Of a stretch of 64,000 bases of DNA, positions 22,897 through 34,201 are shown piece after piece. Under the pieces are notes generated by a model. That model searched no databases. It was not told the DNA's origin and worked only from the letters and a program-made list of their open reading frames with translations. Origin of the DNA: Macrostomum lignano (Eukaryota); NCBI GenBank assembly GCA_002269645.1, contig NIVC01000928.1:124001-188000 (forward strand), written 5' to 3'. The position numbers and the translations under genes are program-made. Numbering within the stretch: position 1 is the stretch's first letter; each line of letters opens with the position of its first letter.

Positions 22897-25800
22897 ATGC
22901 CTGCTCATCATGAGCACACGCAAAATGCCAAAGCCACTGCCAATATTCAATTCGCAGTCAGCCTGCTTAGCGAGTCCCTGCGTGACATTCTCGAAAACAG
23001 TTTCAACATCAAGGATCGACTCGATTTTAACAAATCACTAGAAATGTTGGGCGATAAAGTCAAAGAAATATTTCCTGACTTGGAAAGCCAGAAGCAACGG
23101 CAGCTGGAGCAATATTTGCAAAGAGCAAAAGCAATCACTAGTAGATTGTCTACTCAAAATTTTGATTTCGACAGGTGTGAGCATGATTTAGAGTGTCTGT
23201 TGAGGCTATCGACTCTGCTGGGTTTTAGCGAGTGTCACAAACAAATTATAAACTTTTCTGGAGTCATAATTGAAGACTGGGAGAAGCTAAAAGCCGAAGG
23301 CAATGATTTTTATAAAAATAGAAAGTGGATGGAGGCCATGAACTGCTATTCCAGGGCAATCAAAAGCACTTCAAATGTTGCTGTATTGTTCTCAAACCGA
23401 GCTCTGTGCGAAATTAACCTGCGCAAGTTCGATCTCGCACGCGAGGACGCAGAGGACGCGATCGAGCTGGACCCCAGCCAGGTTAAATTCTACAGGATTC
23501 TTTCCGAGACGCTTTTCAAACTGCGGCTGTATCAGCAGGCAGCTGATGTGTGCAAAGCCGGTTTGAAAATCTCTTCAACAGACGAGACCCTTCTTATGAG
23601 AGTGCGTCTTTGCGATGAGCTTGTCCTAGACAGCGAGCAGCAGTCAAATGCAGATCGGAGCAAAGTAGGGCAGGACCCAACAGTTCACAAGAAGCTGCGA
23701 GACTGCCAAGTGGAAAGTACATCGGACATTTCACCTGACGAGGTGCACCCCATGGACAGCGCCGTTTTGCAGAGCATCAGCGAGCTGGATAAGGCCCACC
23801 AGATTCTGCAGTCAGGCAGAGGCGACATCGGTGAAGAGCAGAAGGCGTTTGAGATCTTCGAGTCCGTTGCAAAGCAAGGCAGTGCACAGGGTTTGTACAA
23901 CATGGCCATCATGTACAAAGACGGCAATGCAGGACTGGCTCGAGATCCAGCAAAGCATTTCCAGCTGTGCCTCCAAGCCGCCGAGCAAAATCCGTACTTA
24001 TCGGCCATGGACGATGTGTTTCTCAACATTGGCGTGGCGGAGGCGGAGAACGCCCTCGGTGTGGCTTACAGAGACGGCATGGCCGTGGACAAGGATGACA
24101 AGCTCGCTTTCAAATGGTTTCTGAAGTCCGCTCGTCACGGCTACGCATCTGCCATGAGCAACCTCGGGCTGGCCTTCTACAACGGAACTGGCTGCGAGCG
24201 GAGCCCGACCTCCGCCCGATGGTGGCTCCAGAAAGCCGCGGACCTCGGACAGTCGGAGGCGCAGCTGAAATTAGCTGGGATGCTCATCGAAGGCGAGGGA
24301 GGACCAGCCGACTCTGAGAAGGCGGTTGAGCTGCTCAAAGCAGCTGCAAACCAGGGCCTGCCAGGTGCTCTGGAGGCGCTACAGCAGCAAATGCGGCGCG
24401 GAGCCACGAAGGCAAAGCGCATGAACTCAACAAGAAAAATCGTGGAAGAGAAGGCAGCTGCTAACGACAAAGAGGCACTGTTTCTTCTCGGAATGAACTA
24501 TTTGCAGGGAGAAGGAGGATTCGAGCAGGACTTTGAACTCGCGGAATCGTACTTGAGAAAAGCATTCGATCGGAATCACGAGAAGGCTGCTTTTGTGCTT
24601 GGTAATTTGTTTTTGCGATTACGAAGGAACAAAGATTCCGTGTACTTCCTACGGCATGCTGCTGAGAACGGTAATGAAGAGGCCCAGTGGACACTTGGGT
24701 TCCTGTTGAGTATCGGGCATGGCTGCGATCGAGATGCTGCCGAAGCTCGGATTTGGATGCTTCGTTCCAAGAAGCAGAGTAAAAAGTGTATCGATGATCT
24801 GATTGAACAGAGTTCACAATTTGTACGAGTGGAAGCTGCTAGAGGTCTTTCAACAAAAGATGGACTCAGCCAGCTCGAGAGAATCGAAAGACTTTGTACA
24901 GCTTCGTTGTCGAACTCAATGGCGCGGGACGCTACCAAAGAAGTTTTCGAGCTTTTGAGACAAGAAACAGAATGCGAACTACATCCTGGTACGAGTAGCT
25001 GGTGTGAAATGGTAAACATGCTGACAACTGAGAAATTGATGGCAAAAAGGGTAGCAGAGGGATCGAAAACGGCGCAATTGTATTTCATTGCCCACGATCT
25101 CCTGGACCAGATGCGCTGGGCCCTGAAGAGTAAAAATCCAGAAGCCTTTCGCCTGTACCGACTTGCTGCAAGAGCTTGGCAGCCCCTTATGTTCGATATG
25201 GACACCTGGGATGAACTGCTTGCTGCAGCAACTGAAGCCTTCGAGAAGAATCCAAGGGACGCGGATGCTTATTTCGCCATTTGTCAGTGCCACGCTTGTA
25301 AAAATATGTCGAATAATAAAGAGCTTGTTCGCATGGCGCTGACCTGCACAAATCTGAACCCCAATGTTGCGGACTACTACGTTTTTCTATGCAACATGTA
25401 CGCCTTTGTTGAAGATGGCGTGGGCTCATTGAAGGCGGTCGAAAGAGCTTTGGAGCTTGAATGGGAGCCTACCTGGCTTTTGGAGAAGGCCAAGGCATTG
25501 GTGCAAAAATATATTAATCGGCAAGATCGCAGCATCATTATTGAGGCGTACAAGGAGTTCATTGCCGCCAACGAAAAGGACCAGCGGCATATCCCGGAAG
25601 CGAATTATTACCTCTCTTATGAATACATGGAAATGAAAGACGAGGAAATGGCCAGAGAATATTATCAAAGAGGTCTTCGCGCTGAAAGTCCAGAAGTGAG
25701 GCTGCCCTGCTTTGAACCGGTGCAAGACTATCGACCCAAGGAAATTGTTGAGGCGATGTTCAAGATTCTCGATTCGAGTCGATCGAATCCCGGCATGAGT

Positions 25801-25962
25801 TTTCCGTTTCCTAATGGCGAGTCAAGCGGCGGAGCCTGGTGCGGCTCCTGCGGAATGCCGGACGCTTCGCGACGGTGCAGCAGGTGCAAGAAAGTCTACT
25901 ACTGCAACAGAAACTGCCAGCTGGAGCACTGGAAGCGGCACAAGAAGCACTGCACCGCTTGA
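22897..25962 (+). CDS. TPR + Sel1-like repeat + MYND zinc-finger protein (1021 aa, single coding exon)
   Basis: TPR block LKAEGNDFYK...ALCEINL...DAIELDP; about 7 Sel1 repeats (e.g. AENALGVAYRDGMAVDKDDKLAFKWFLKSARHG); further TPR-like helices; C-terminal CGSC..CSRCKKVYYCNRNCQLEHWKRHKKHC (MYND). An in-frame stop at 22888 supports the ATG. Confidence 0.92.
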   Translation: MPAHHEHTQNAKATANIQFAVSLLSESLRDILENSFNIKDRLDFNKSLEMLGDKVKEIFPDLESQKQRQLEQYLQRAKAITSRLSTQNFDFDRCEHDLECLLRLSTLLGFSECHKQIINFSGVIIEDWEKLKAEGNDFYKNRKWMEAMNCYSRAIKSTSNVAVLFSNRALCEINLRKFDLAREDAEDAIELDPSQVKFYRILSETLFKLRLYQQAADVCKAGLKISSTDETLLMRVRLCDELVLDSEQQSNADRSKVGQDPTVHKKLRDCQVESTSDISPDEVHPMDSAVLQSISELDKAHQILQSGRGDIGEEQKAFEIFESVAKQGSAQGLYNMAIMYKDGNAGLARDPAKHFQLCLQAAEQNPYLSAMDDVFLNIGVAEAENALGVAYRDGMAVDKDDKLAFKWFLKSARHGYASAMSNLGLAFYNGTGCERSPTSARWWLQKAADLGQSEAQLKLAGMLIEGEGGPADSEKAVELLKAAANQGLPGALEALQQQMRRGATKAKRMNSTRKIVEEKAAANDKEALFLLGMNYLQGEGGFEQDFELAESYLRKAFDRNHEKAAFVLGNLFLRLRRNKDSVYFLRHAAENGNEEAQWTLGFLLSIGHGCDRDAAEARIWMLRSKKQSKKCIDDLIEQSSQFVRVEAARGLSTKDGLSQLERIERLCTASLSNSMARDATKEVFELLRQETECELHPGTSSWCEMVNMLTTEKLMAKRVAEGSKTAQLYFIAHDLLDQMRWALKSKNPEAFRLYRLAARAWQPLMFDMDTWDELLAAATEAFEKNPRDADAYFAICQCHACKNMSNNKELVRMALTCTNLNPNVADYYVFLCNMYAFVEDGVGSLKAVERALELEWEPTWLLEKAKALVQKYINRQDRSIIIEAYKEFIAANEKDQRHIPEANYYLSYEYMEMKDEEMAREYYQRGLRAESPEVRLPCFEPVQDYRPKEIVEAMFKILDSSRSNPGMSFPFPNGESSGGAWCGSCGMPDASRRCSRCKKVYYCNRNCQLEHWKRHKKHCTA

Positions 25963-28900
25963 GGATTGATGTTTGTTTTTGAAAATCCTAATGATAGCAG
26001 ATATACTATTATAATTTGCTTACTATGCAGTTTCTCTTACCATTATTGCTGCTCTGGCCACCTTGGTGGCTCTCAAGTCTTTCCGAATTAGGCCATAAAA
26101 ACTAAGAAATTAGTTTTATATTTTGTTTTATTTAGTTTTAGTTTTAGTTTTTAGTTTTCATATTTTTAAGAGGTTTACAAATCCAATCCTAACGCTGAGG
26201 GGGGGAAGAGTGGCTTAGCGTCAATCTGGTTTCGAACGTTTCGAATGTACATGTAAGCATAGCAAGTCTTAAAGAAAGAAAGAAAGAAAGAAAGAAAAGG
26301 AAAGCTGTAAAAGCTGGGCTTTGGCTGGGAGTTAAGGTAATAGATATAACTGTAAAGAATCAAGGCTAAAATTGAAAGAGCAAGTAACGGTGGGGGCGAT
26401 CATGGACTTCTATGCTAAGTATAGAAGTCCATGATGAAACCAACGATATTTGCATGGCCCCTGTTAAATAAACGATCTAAATAAATCAGACCAACGATTA
26501 AGGGAAATTACTCAAAGATAGACAACAAACTATAATATTGTGCGCTCGTACAACGAACAATTGTTGAACAGCTTTTTCGGCTTGACAGTTCAAAGTGAGT
26601 CGATTGGTCTTAAAGGATCAGCTCAATCAAAACGTAGAAAACCACGCGATTAGTCTCCCCGCGCAACTCCACGCAATCACGGAACTCACCAGTTGTCGTG
26701 GACCATCTCTACCAAGCACACCTTCAGACCAGAGCATCTCCTCGATGCTAGGTAGAACAGATCCTGCACGACGCAATCCACTACCCGTTCCGTGACGGGT
26801 ACTCCGCTTGATTGAAGCATCCAGCGCAGGTCGGCTCTCATTGAACCCCACGTCCTTCCAGAGGCACCATTGCTTTCGCATTCGTTGTTGATCACGTAGT
26901 ATCGCAGCATGCTGAAGCAATCTAGCTCGTAGAACATAGAAATGCATCTGTCAGATACGAGATAAACCACTTTGAGATCGCGCTTGCTCATCTCGGATAG
27001 ATCGGCCAACACCAACAAACTCGCTTCATAAATTCTGCCTTAGCCCATTAAGTATTCTCCTCGTGCCACGATCGAAAGATTTTTACTGTCTTTCCAGTAG
27101 ATTCCAGCACAACAGACGCAATCATTTCGTTGAGTCTGTGCTAATCTTCGTTGTTAGTCGGTTGCGGGAGCCAATGGCAAGTCACTTAAGACTGCTTTCG
27201 ACTTCAGCAAGACTAATTAAAAAATTAAAAAATAACGCTGTCAACATCAATAACGTTGAATACATAACTCGAAAGTGTCACACTCTATAGAGACAACCGC
27301 TCACTCTTAAATACCCACACAATACAGTCGTTTTCGTGAACTGCACGAAGTCAGTATTTTTCTATGGTTAATTAAAAGGTACAATGCTAATATGGCCAAA
27401 TGGGGTATAAATATATTTTTACCGTTTATTATTTCCGGTCTGGAAGCGAGTCCTCTGCTTTTGCTTCAGACTATAGAAGCAAGTAAACGGAAATAACTTA
27501 TACTCGTATCTATGTGATCTCTCGACATTAGGGCCAACCGCCGTCTCATCATTGCTTGGTTGCGGGTCAACTGATTTCCGATTAATAAAGCTTATAACAG
27601 TGCGAGTATATATATATATATCTGTAGTATAACTAACTGCACTAAAACTGTTGCTTTCATTTTCGCTTTTTAGATCCATTGTTCTTCTTCCTACTACCAT
27701 AAGTAATCATATATAGACATGAAATTGCTGCGCCGTTGCAATTTTGCGACCGGGCCCCATCAAGTCTTCCACATCCCTTTAATCATTTTCTACTTAATTT
27801 TTCTACTTAAATTAGCGATACTGAACCTAAGAACATTTTTGAACAGTCTAAGCAACTCAAGATGATTAATAAATTTACATGACATTATGGCAGTTTAGCC
27901 CGCCTTAGCTAATTATTTCTGCTGACTCGGATGTCAGAAAGCTTAAGTTTTGATTTATTAAATGGATATATTATATCCTAGAATTGTAGCAGAAACGTGT
28001 CTTAAAACGTGTCTTATTTGTGTTTTAAAATTCAATATCAAATTGTTAGTGCAATACTGTACATATATATACATGTATGATTCACCTGCAATTCAGAGAC
28101 CGAAAAAAGAATGTCACATCTCTGTCTGAGTCTGTCCTACGAGCGTATTCACAGAACTTACACAGAAAGAGCTACGCGAACACACTACTTTAAAGATGAA
28201 AAAGAATGTGTAGCCATAAAGCATAGACAGATAGACTACGTTGATGTTGATGAGTTGCAAATAAGAAAGTGTACATGTATTAAGACATTTCCTCATAACT
28301 TTCTAGATATTATTTCAGAGTAACTTTTGCAGGTAAAAATGTACGTGTATATTGGTAGCCGAAATGTTAATCAAACAAATATTCAAGCAAATAAGCGATG
28401 GATAAAAATGCGTAGCCCTGTCGCAACTTCAATTATATGCATCTGACGGCTTGCACTGCAAGCTTTGTGTGTAAAAGTGCAGCCGAGTTTTGGAGGCCTA
28501 GTGGTACTTTCTGTGATGATACTTGTATAGATTTCGGCAAGGCAATCCCACAGCTGACTACGAGCCTTGTGGCAACTTTGCAGACACGTTCTGTACAGGT
28601 CCCGTCAGGGACTACTCAAACTCGGGACGAGAAACGACAAAACTTGAAGGCCTATCTATTAATATCCTAGCCCTCGAAAAGCATTACTTCGATATGTTCT
28701 ACCTTGTAGTCATAAGTTTGTATCTGTGGTCAAAACCTATCCAGTTAATAGGTCTTCGAGTTTGTCGTCTCCCATCCCGAGTTCAAGTAGTCCCTGGGTC
28801 CCGTCTGTCCCATCTCTCCCACCCCATCCCAGCGCAAGCAGCGGCCATCAGAGATCCTCAGCCATAAACTAAACCCGAGTTCGCACTGCTCAGAGCAGCA

Positions 28901-29007
28901 AAAAGAATTCAGTTTCTTTTTCAGCAGCCCCAATCTCAATCTCAAGCATTCGCAAAAGCAGACAAAAGCCAATCAAAAGCAGCATTTGAAGCCCCTCGCA
29001 GCTTCCC

Positions 29008-32000
29008 ATGCAGCAGGCCGTTGTGACCCGCACCTGCCGCCCCTGTGGCAGGCAGTTCACTGCTCAGACCGGGACATTTGAGCTGCAGGGCAAAAGTCCC
29101 GGGCAGCAGCAGCAGCAGCAGCAGCAAGAGAGTCAATCAGAGCAGAGTAGAACCCGAGGCCAGCTCAAGCCTCTCAGACTCGCCCTGGCAGACTGGAATG
29201 TGTTCCCTGAGACCACCGTGTTGGCACCTCAGCAGGCTGAGGGAGTTGTGTGCAACTGGCTGCAGACCACAGCTGCCCAGATGAAGCTGCTGGATGACGA
29301 ATCCAGACTCTACGGCAAGGTGATCTTCGATCCGCTGGGTGAGTCCTGCCGTGGGACCCTGGCTTGTGAGCCGCTGACATGAGTAGTGAGGGCTGAGTGA
29401 GGACTGGATAGTGAGGGCTGATTGTGGACTGGATAGTGAGGGCTGTGTGTGGACTGGATAGTGAGGGCTGATTGTGGACTGGATAGTGAGGGCTGATTGT
29501 GGACTGGACAGTGAGGGCTGAGTGTGGACTGGATAGTGAGGGCTGAGTGGACTGGATAGAGAAGGCTGATTGTGGACTGGATAGTGAGGGCTGTGTGTGG
29601 ACTGGATAGTGAGGGCTGAGTGGACTGGATAGAGAAGGCTGATTGTGGACTGGACAGTGAGGGCTGAGTGTGGACTGGATAGTGAGGGCTGAGTGGACTG
29701 GATAGAGAAGGCTGATTGTGGACTGGATAGTGAGGGCTGTGTGTGGACTGGATAGTGAGGGCTGAGTGGACTGGATAGAGAAGGCTGATTGTGGACTGGA
29801 TAGTGAGGGCTGAGTGTGGACTGGATAGTGAGGGCTGTGTGTGGACTGGATAGTGAAGGCTGAGTGTGGACTGGATAGTGAGGGCTGAGTGTGGACTGGA
29901 TAGTGAGGGCTGTGTGTGGACTGGATAGTGAGGGCTGAGTGAGGACTGGATAGTGAGGGCTGGGTGTGGACTGGATAGTGAGGGCTGAGTGTGGACTGGA
30001 TAGTGAGGGCTGAGTGTGGACTGGATAGTGTGGGCTGTCTGTGCAGTGTGGACTGGATAGTGTGGATCGGGTCTCTGACCTTCATATGTCCCTCCTCCCA
30101 AAGGTGAGCTGTACGACTTTGAGATCTCAACTCTGAGCCCGAAGATGCTCAGCCTGGGCTTCGGGAACTGGATGAGCACCCTGGCCAGTGGCGAGGTGCT
30201 GCTGGACATTGTTAACTGCCTCATCGACCACTGCCTGCCGGCCGCGGTTGGGAGAAATGAGGCTGGGAACATCTTCGAGGTGAGGGCTGTCTTGACAGGC
30301 TGCGACAGGTGGGGACACTGCCTGTGACAGCTGGGGACACGTGTAGGACAGGCTGCGACAGGTGGGACAATGCCTGTGACAGGTGGGGACACTGTCTGTG
30401 ACAGCTGGGGACACTGTCTGTGACAGGTAGGGACACTGTCTGTGACAGGTAGGGACACAGGTGGGGACACTGTCTGTGACAGGTATGGACACTGTCTGTG
30501 ACAGGTATGGACACTGTCTGTGACAGCTGGGGACACTGTCTGTGACAGGTAGGGACACTGTCTGTGACAGCTGGGGACATTGTCTGTGACAGGTAGGGAC
30601 ACTGCCTGTGACAGGTGGGGACACTGTCTGTGACAGGTGGGGACACAGGTGGGGACACTGTCTGTGAAAGGTGGGGACACAGGTGGATTTCAATGCTGTC
30701 AAGGCATTCTCAAGCATCCCAGAACGCCTCGAAATCCTGCAGATCATCACAGCCGAGCCGCTGAAGAAGGTCCGGTTGCTGGACGTCGCCCCCAACCAGC
30801 TGGCGGCCTGCATGTTTCTTGGAAACCACAACCGGCTGATTGACGATTTTCTGGACCCCCTGCTGGCCTCCGTGCGGGACATCGGGCTGCCCCCTCCAGG
30901 AGAGAAGCCGGAAACTGCGGGGAACATCCGGCAGGCCCTGCACCTCATTCGCCCCGTGGGACACAACCTGCTGCGGAGCTGCCACTCGACTAGGGTGAGA
31001 GTCAGATCGCAGATCCCAGATCGCAGATCCCAGATCGCAGATCCCAGATCGCAGATCCCAGATCGCAGATCCCAGATCGCAGATCCCAGATCGCAGATCC
31101 CAGATCGCAGATCCCAGATCGCAGATCCCAGATCGCAGATCCCAGATCGCAGATCCCAGATCGCAGATCCCAGATCGCAGATCCCAGATCGCAGATCCCA
31201 GATCGCAGATCCCAGATCGCAGATCCCAGATCGCAGATCCCAGATCGCAGATCCCAGATCGCAGATCCCAGATCGCAGATCCCAGATCGCAGATCCCAGA
31301 TCGCAGATCCCAGATCGCAGATCCCAGATCGCAGATCCCAGATCGCAGATCCCAGATCGCAGATCCCAGATCGCAGATCCCAGATCGCAGATCCCAGATC
31401 GCAGATCCCAGATCGCAGATCCCAGATCGCAGATCCCAGATCGCAGATCCCAGATCGCAGATCCCAGATCGCAGATCCCAGATCGCAGATCCCAGATCGC
31501 AGATCCCAGATCGCAGATCCCAGATCGCAGATCCCAGATCGCAGATCCCAGATCGCAGATCCCAGATCGCAGATCCCAGATCGCAGATCCCAGATCGCAG
31601 ATCCCAGATCGCAGATCCCAGATCGCAGATCCCAGATCGCAGATCCCAGATCGCAGATCCCAGATCGCAGATCCCAGATCGCAGATCCCAGATCGCAGAT
31701 CCCAGATCGCAGATCCCAGATCGCAGATCCCAGATCGCAGATCCCAGATCGCAGATCCCAGATCGCAGATCCCAGATCGCAGATCCCAGATCGCAGATCC
31801 CAGATCGCAGATCCCAGATCGCAGATCCCAGATCGCAGATCCCAGATCGCAGATCCCAGATCGCAGATCCCAGATCGCAGATCCCAGATCGCAGATCCCA
31901 GATCGCAGATCCCAGATCGCAGATCCCAGATCGCAGATCCCAGATCGCAGATCCCAGATCGCAGATCCCAGATCGCAGATCCCAGATCGCAGATCCCAGA

Positions 32001-33052
32001 TCGCAGATCCCAGATCGCAGATCCCAGATCGCAGATCCCAGATCGCAGATCCCAGATCGCAGATCCCAGATCGCAGATCCCAGATCGCAGATCCCAGATC
32101 GCAGATCCCAGATCGCAGATCCCAGATCGCAGATCCCAGATCGCAGATCCCAGATCGCAGATCCCAGATCGCAGATCCCAGATCGCAGATCCCAGATCGC
32201 AGATCCCAGATCGCAGATCCCAGATCGCAGATCCCAGATCGCAGATCCCAGATCGCAGATCCCAGATCGCAGATCCCAGATCGCAGATCCCAGATCGCAG
32301 ATCCCAGATCGCAGATCCCAGATCGCAGATCCCAGATCGCAGATCCCAGATCGCAGATCCCAGATCGCAGATCCCAGATCGCAGATCCCAGATCGCAGAT
32401 CCCAGATCGCAGATCCCAGATCGCAGATCCCAGATCGCAGATCCCAGATCGCAGATCCCAGATCGCAGATCCCAGATCGCAGATCCCAGATCGCAGATCC
32501 CAGATCGCAGATCCCAGATCGCAGATCCCAGATCGCAGATCCCAGATCGCAGATCCCAGATCGCAGATCCCAGATCGCAGATCCCAGATCGCAGATCCCA
32601 GATCGCAGATCCCAGATCGCAGATCCCAGATCGCAGATCCCAGATCGCAGATCCCAGATCGCAGATCCCAGATCGCAGATCCCAGATCGCAGATCCCAGA
32701 TCGCAGATCCCAGATCGCAGATCCCAGATCCCAGCGCACGCCTCTCCCACAGGAGTGGACCTGGAAGGCGCTGATGTTGCTGGTGCTCATCCTGATGGCG
32801 CTGTGCGGCAGCCTGACCGCAGAGCAGGAGCACCTGTTCAGCTGCCTCACCGGGGAGTTCGATGCCTCCCAGCTGGTTGTCCCGGAGCTGCAGCTCGCGC
32901 TGAGCGCCATCCAGCAGGCCGCCAAGGGGATCACCGTGGCGGAGCAGCCCTCGGTGCAGGAGCTGCGGTGGGCGCTGCCGTACAGGCGGGTGATGAAGCA
33001 GGGCCCCATCGAGTTCCAGAGCGTCCTGCTTCGGGACTTCGAGCTGGAGTGA
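29008..33052 (+). CDS. Uncharacterised 372-aa protein; exons 29008-29338, 30104-30279, 30683-30994, 32753-33052
   Basis: Four GC-rich non-repetitive blocks separated by tandem arrays join through GT-AG sites with matching phases (1, 0, 0) into one stop-free protein. No family recognised. Confidence 0.72.
29385..30065. repeat. 23-25-bp minisatellite (orphan gene intron 1)
   Basis: (GGACTGGATAGTGAGGGCTGAGTGT)n with variants. Confidence 0.93.
30297..30682. repeat. 22-bp minisatellite (orphan gene intron 2)
   Basis: (GGGACACTGTCTGTGACAGGTA/G)n. Confidence 0.9.
31004..32733. repeat. Near-perfect 14-bp satellite (orphan gene intron 3)
   Basis: (AGATCGCAGATCCC)n, about 123 copies with no visible variant unit until the last one. 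Confidence 0.98.
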
Positions 33053-33227
33053 CCGAGCTCACGGGTCCCGAGATCCCGAATCAAAGTTTTGATCCCAATG
33101 GCTCTGAATTGAGGAACTTGGTTCGATTCGAAATTCTGAAAATAAACTTAAAATATAAACACGATTCTGACTTGTCTTTGTCAAAGCGAATAGTTATTGA
33201 ATGTCAATGATCTTGATGATCTGCGGT

Positions 33228-33625
33228 TTCTAATATGGCGCCCCCAATTTCTAATATGGCACCCCCGATTTCTAAAATGGCGTCCTCCGCCAATTTCTAA
33301 TATGGCGCCACCGATTTCTAATATGGGGCTCCCCATTTCTGATATGGCGCCTCTCGATTTCTAATATGGCGCCTCCAACTTCTAATATGGCGCCCTCCCC
33401 CGATTTCTAATATGGCGCTCCCGATTTCTAATATGGCGCCCCCGATTTTTAAAATGGCGCCCTTCCCCAATTTCTAAAATGGCGTCCTCCGCCAATTTCT
33501 AAATGGCGCCTTCCCCAGATTTCTAATATGGCGTCCCCGATTTCTAATATGGCGTCTCCGATTTCTAATATGGCGCCTCCGATTTCTAATATGGCGTCCA
33601 CGATTTCTAATATGGCGCCCCCGAC
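33228..33625. repeat. ~21-bp degenerate tandem repeat
   Basis: Repeated (CC)GATTTCTAATATGGCGCC units, about 18 copies. Confidence 0.88.
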
Positions 33626-34201
33626 TATATGAAAGTTTTGAGTTTCTCGTGAAAACTTTTCAAAATTGAAAAACTTTTATTCTTCAAACGTAATCCGAGT
33701 TTTTGCAAAGAAATTTCCAGAATATTCTGCAGAGGCTGGGGCTTACGTTAGTGGAGTCTCGCAGTGGGTAACAAATACAGCGAGCCAATGCTTCATCAGC
33801 CAGATTGTCAGCTCATTTTGCTTTTGTCTTTCAAATCTGTCAAACTAGCCTGTAATTAACCTGTCACTATGAGCACCGCCTACTCGACAAAGCCGTTGTC
33901 AACTGTCTCGCAATTGCCCCCTGGCAATGAGGCGCCTATACTGTAAGATCGCCCACATTTTAAGTCGATTCGCATTGTTCAACCATTTTTCCTCCTGCAT
34001 TCCTCCTGCTCACTAAATTCCAGATGTAAAAATTTGTTTACGCAATCCGCATCCTTTATAGAAGCCACCCGGATATGCAGCGGATGTATTGTTATTATAA
34101 ATACGGACCGGTAAATCCGCCGTAGGTCTTTAAAACAGTCGATCTGACGCTCATAGTCTTGAAAATTTTCTGAGAAACCAGCGATTGTTTACACCGAGAC
34201 C

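Noticed and set aside
30127-33084. Very long minus-strand ORFs (985, 707, 582 aa) over the 14-mer array
   Set aside because: They result from a repeat that has no stop codon in any frame, joined to antisense exon sequence; there is no independent coding signal.
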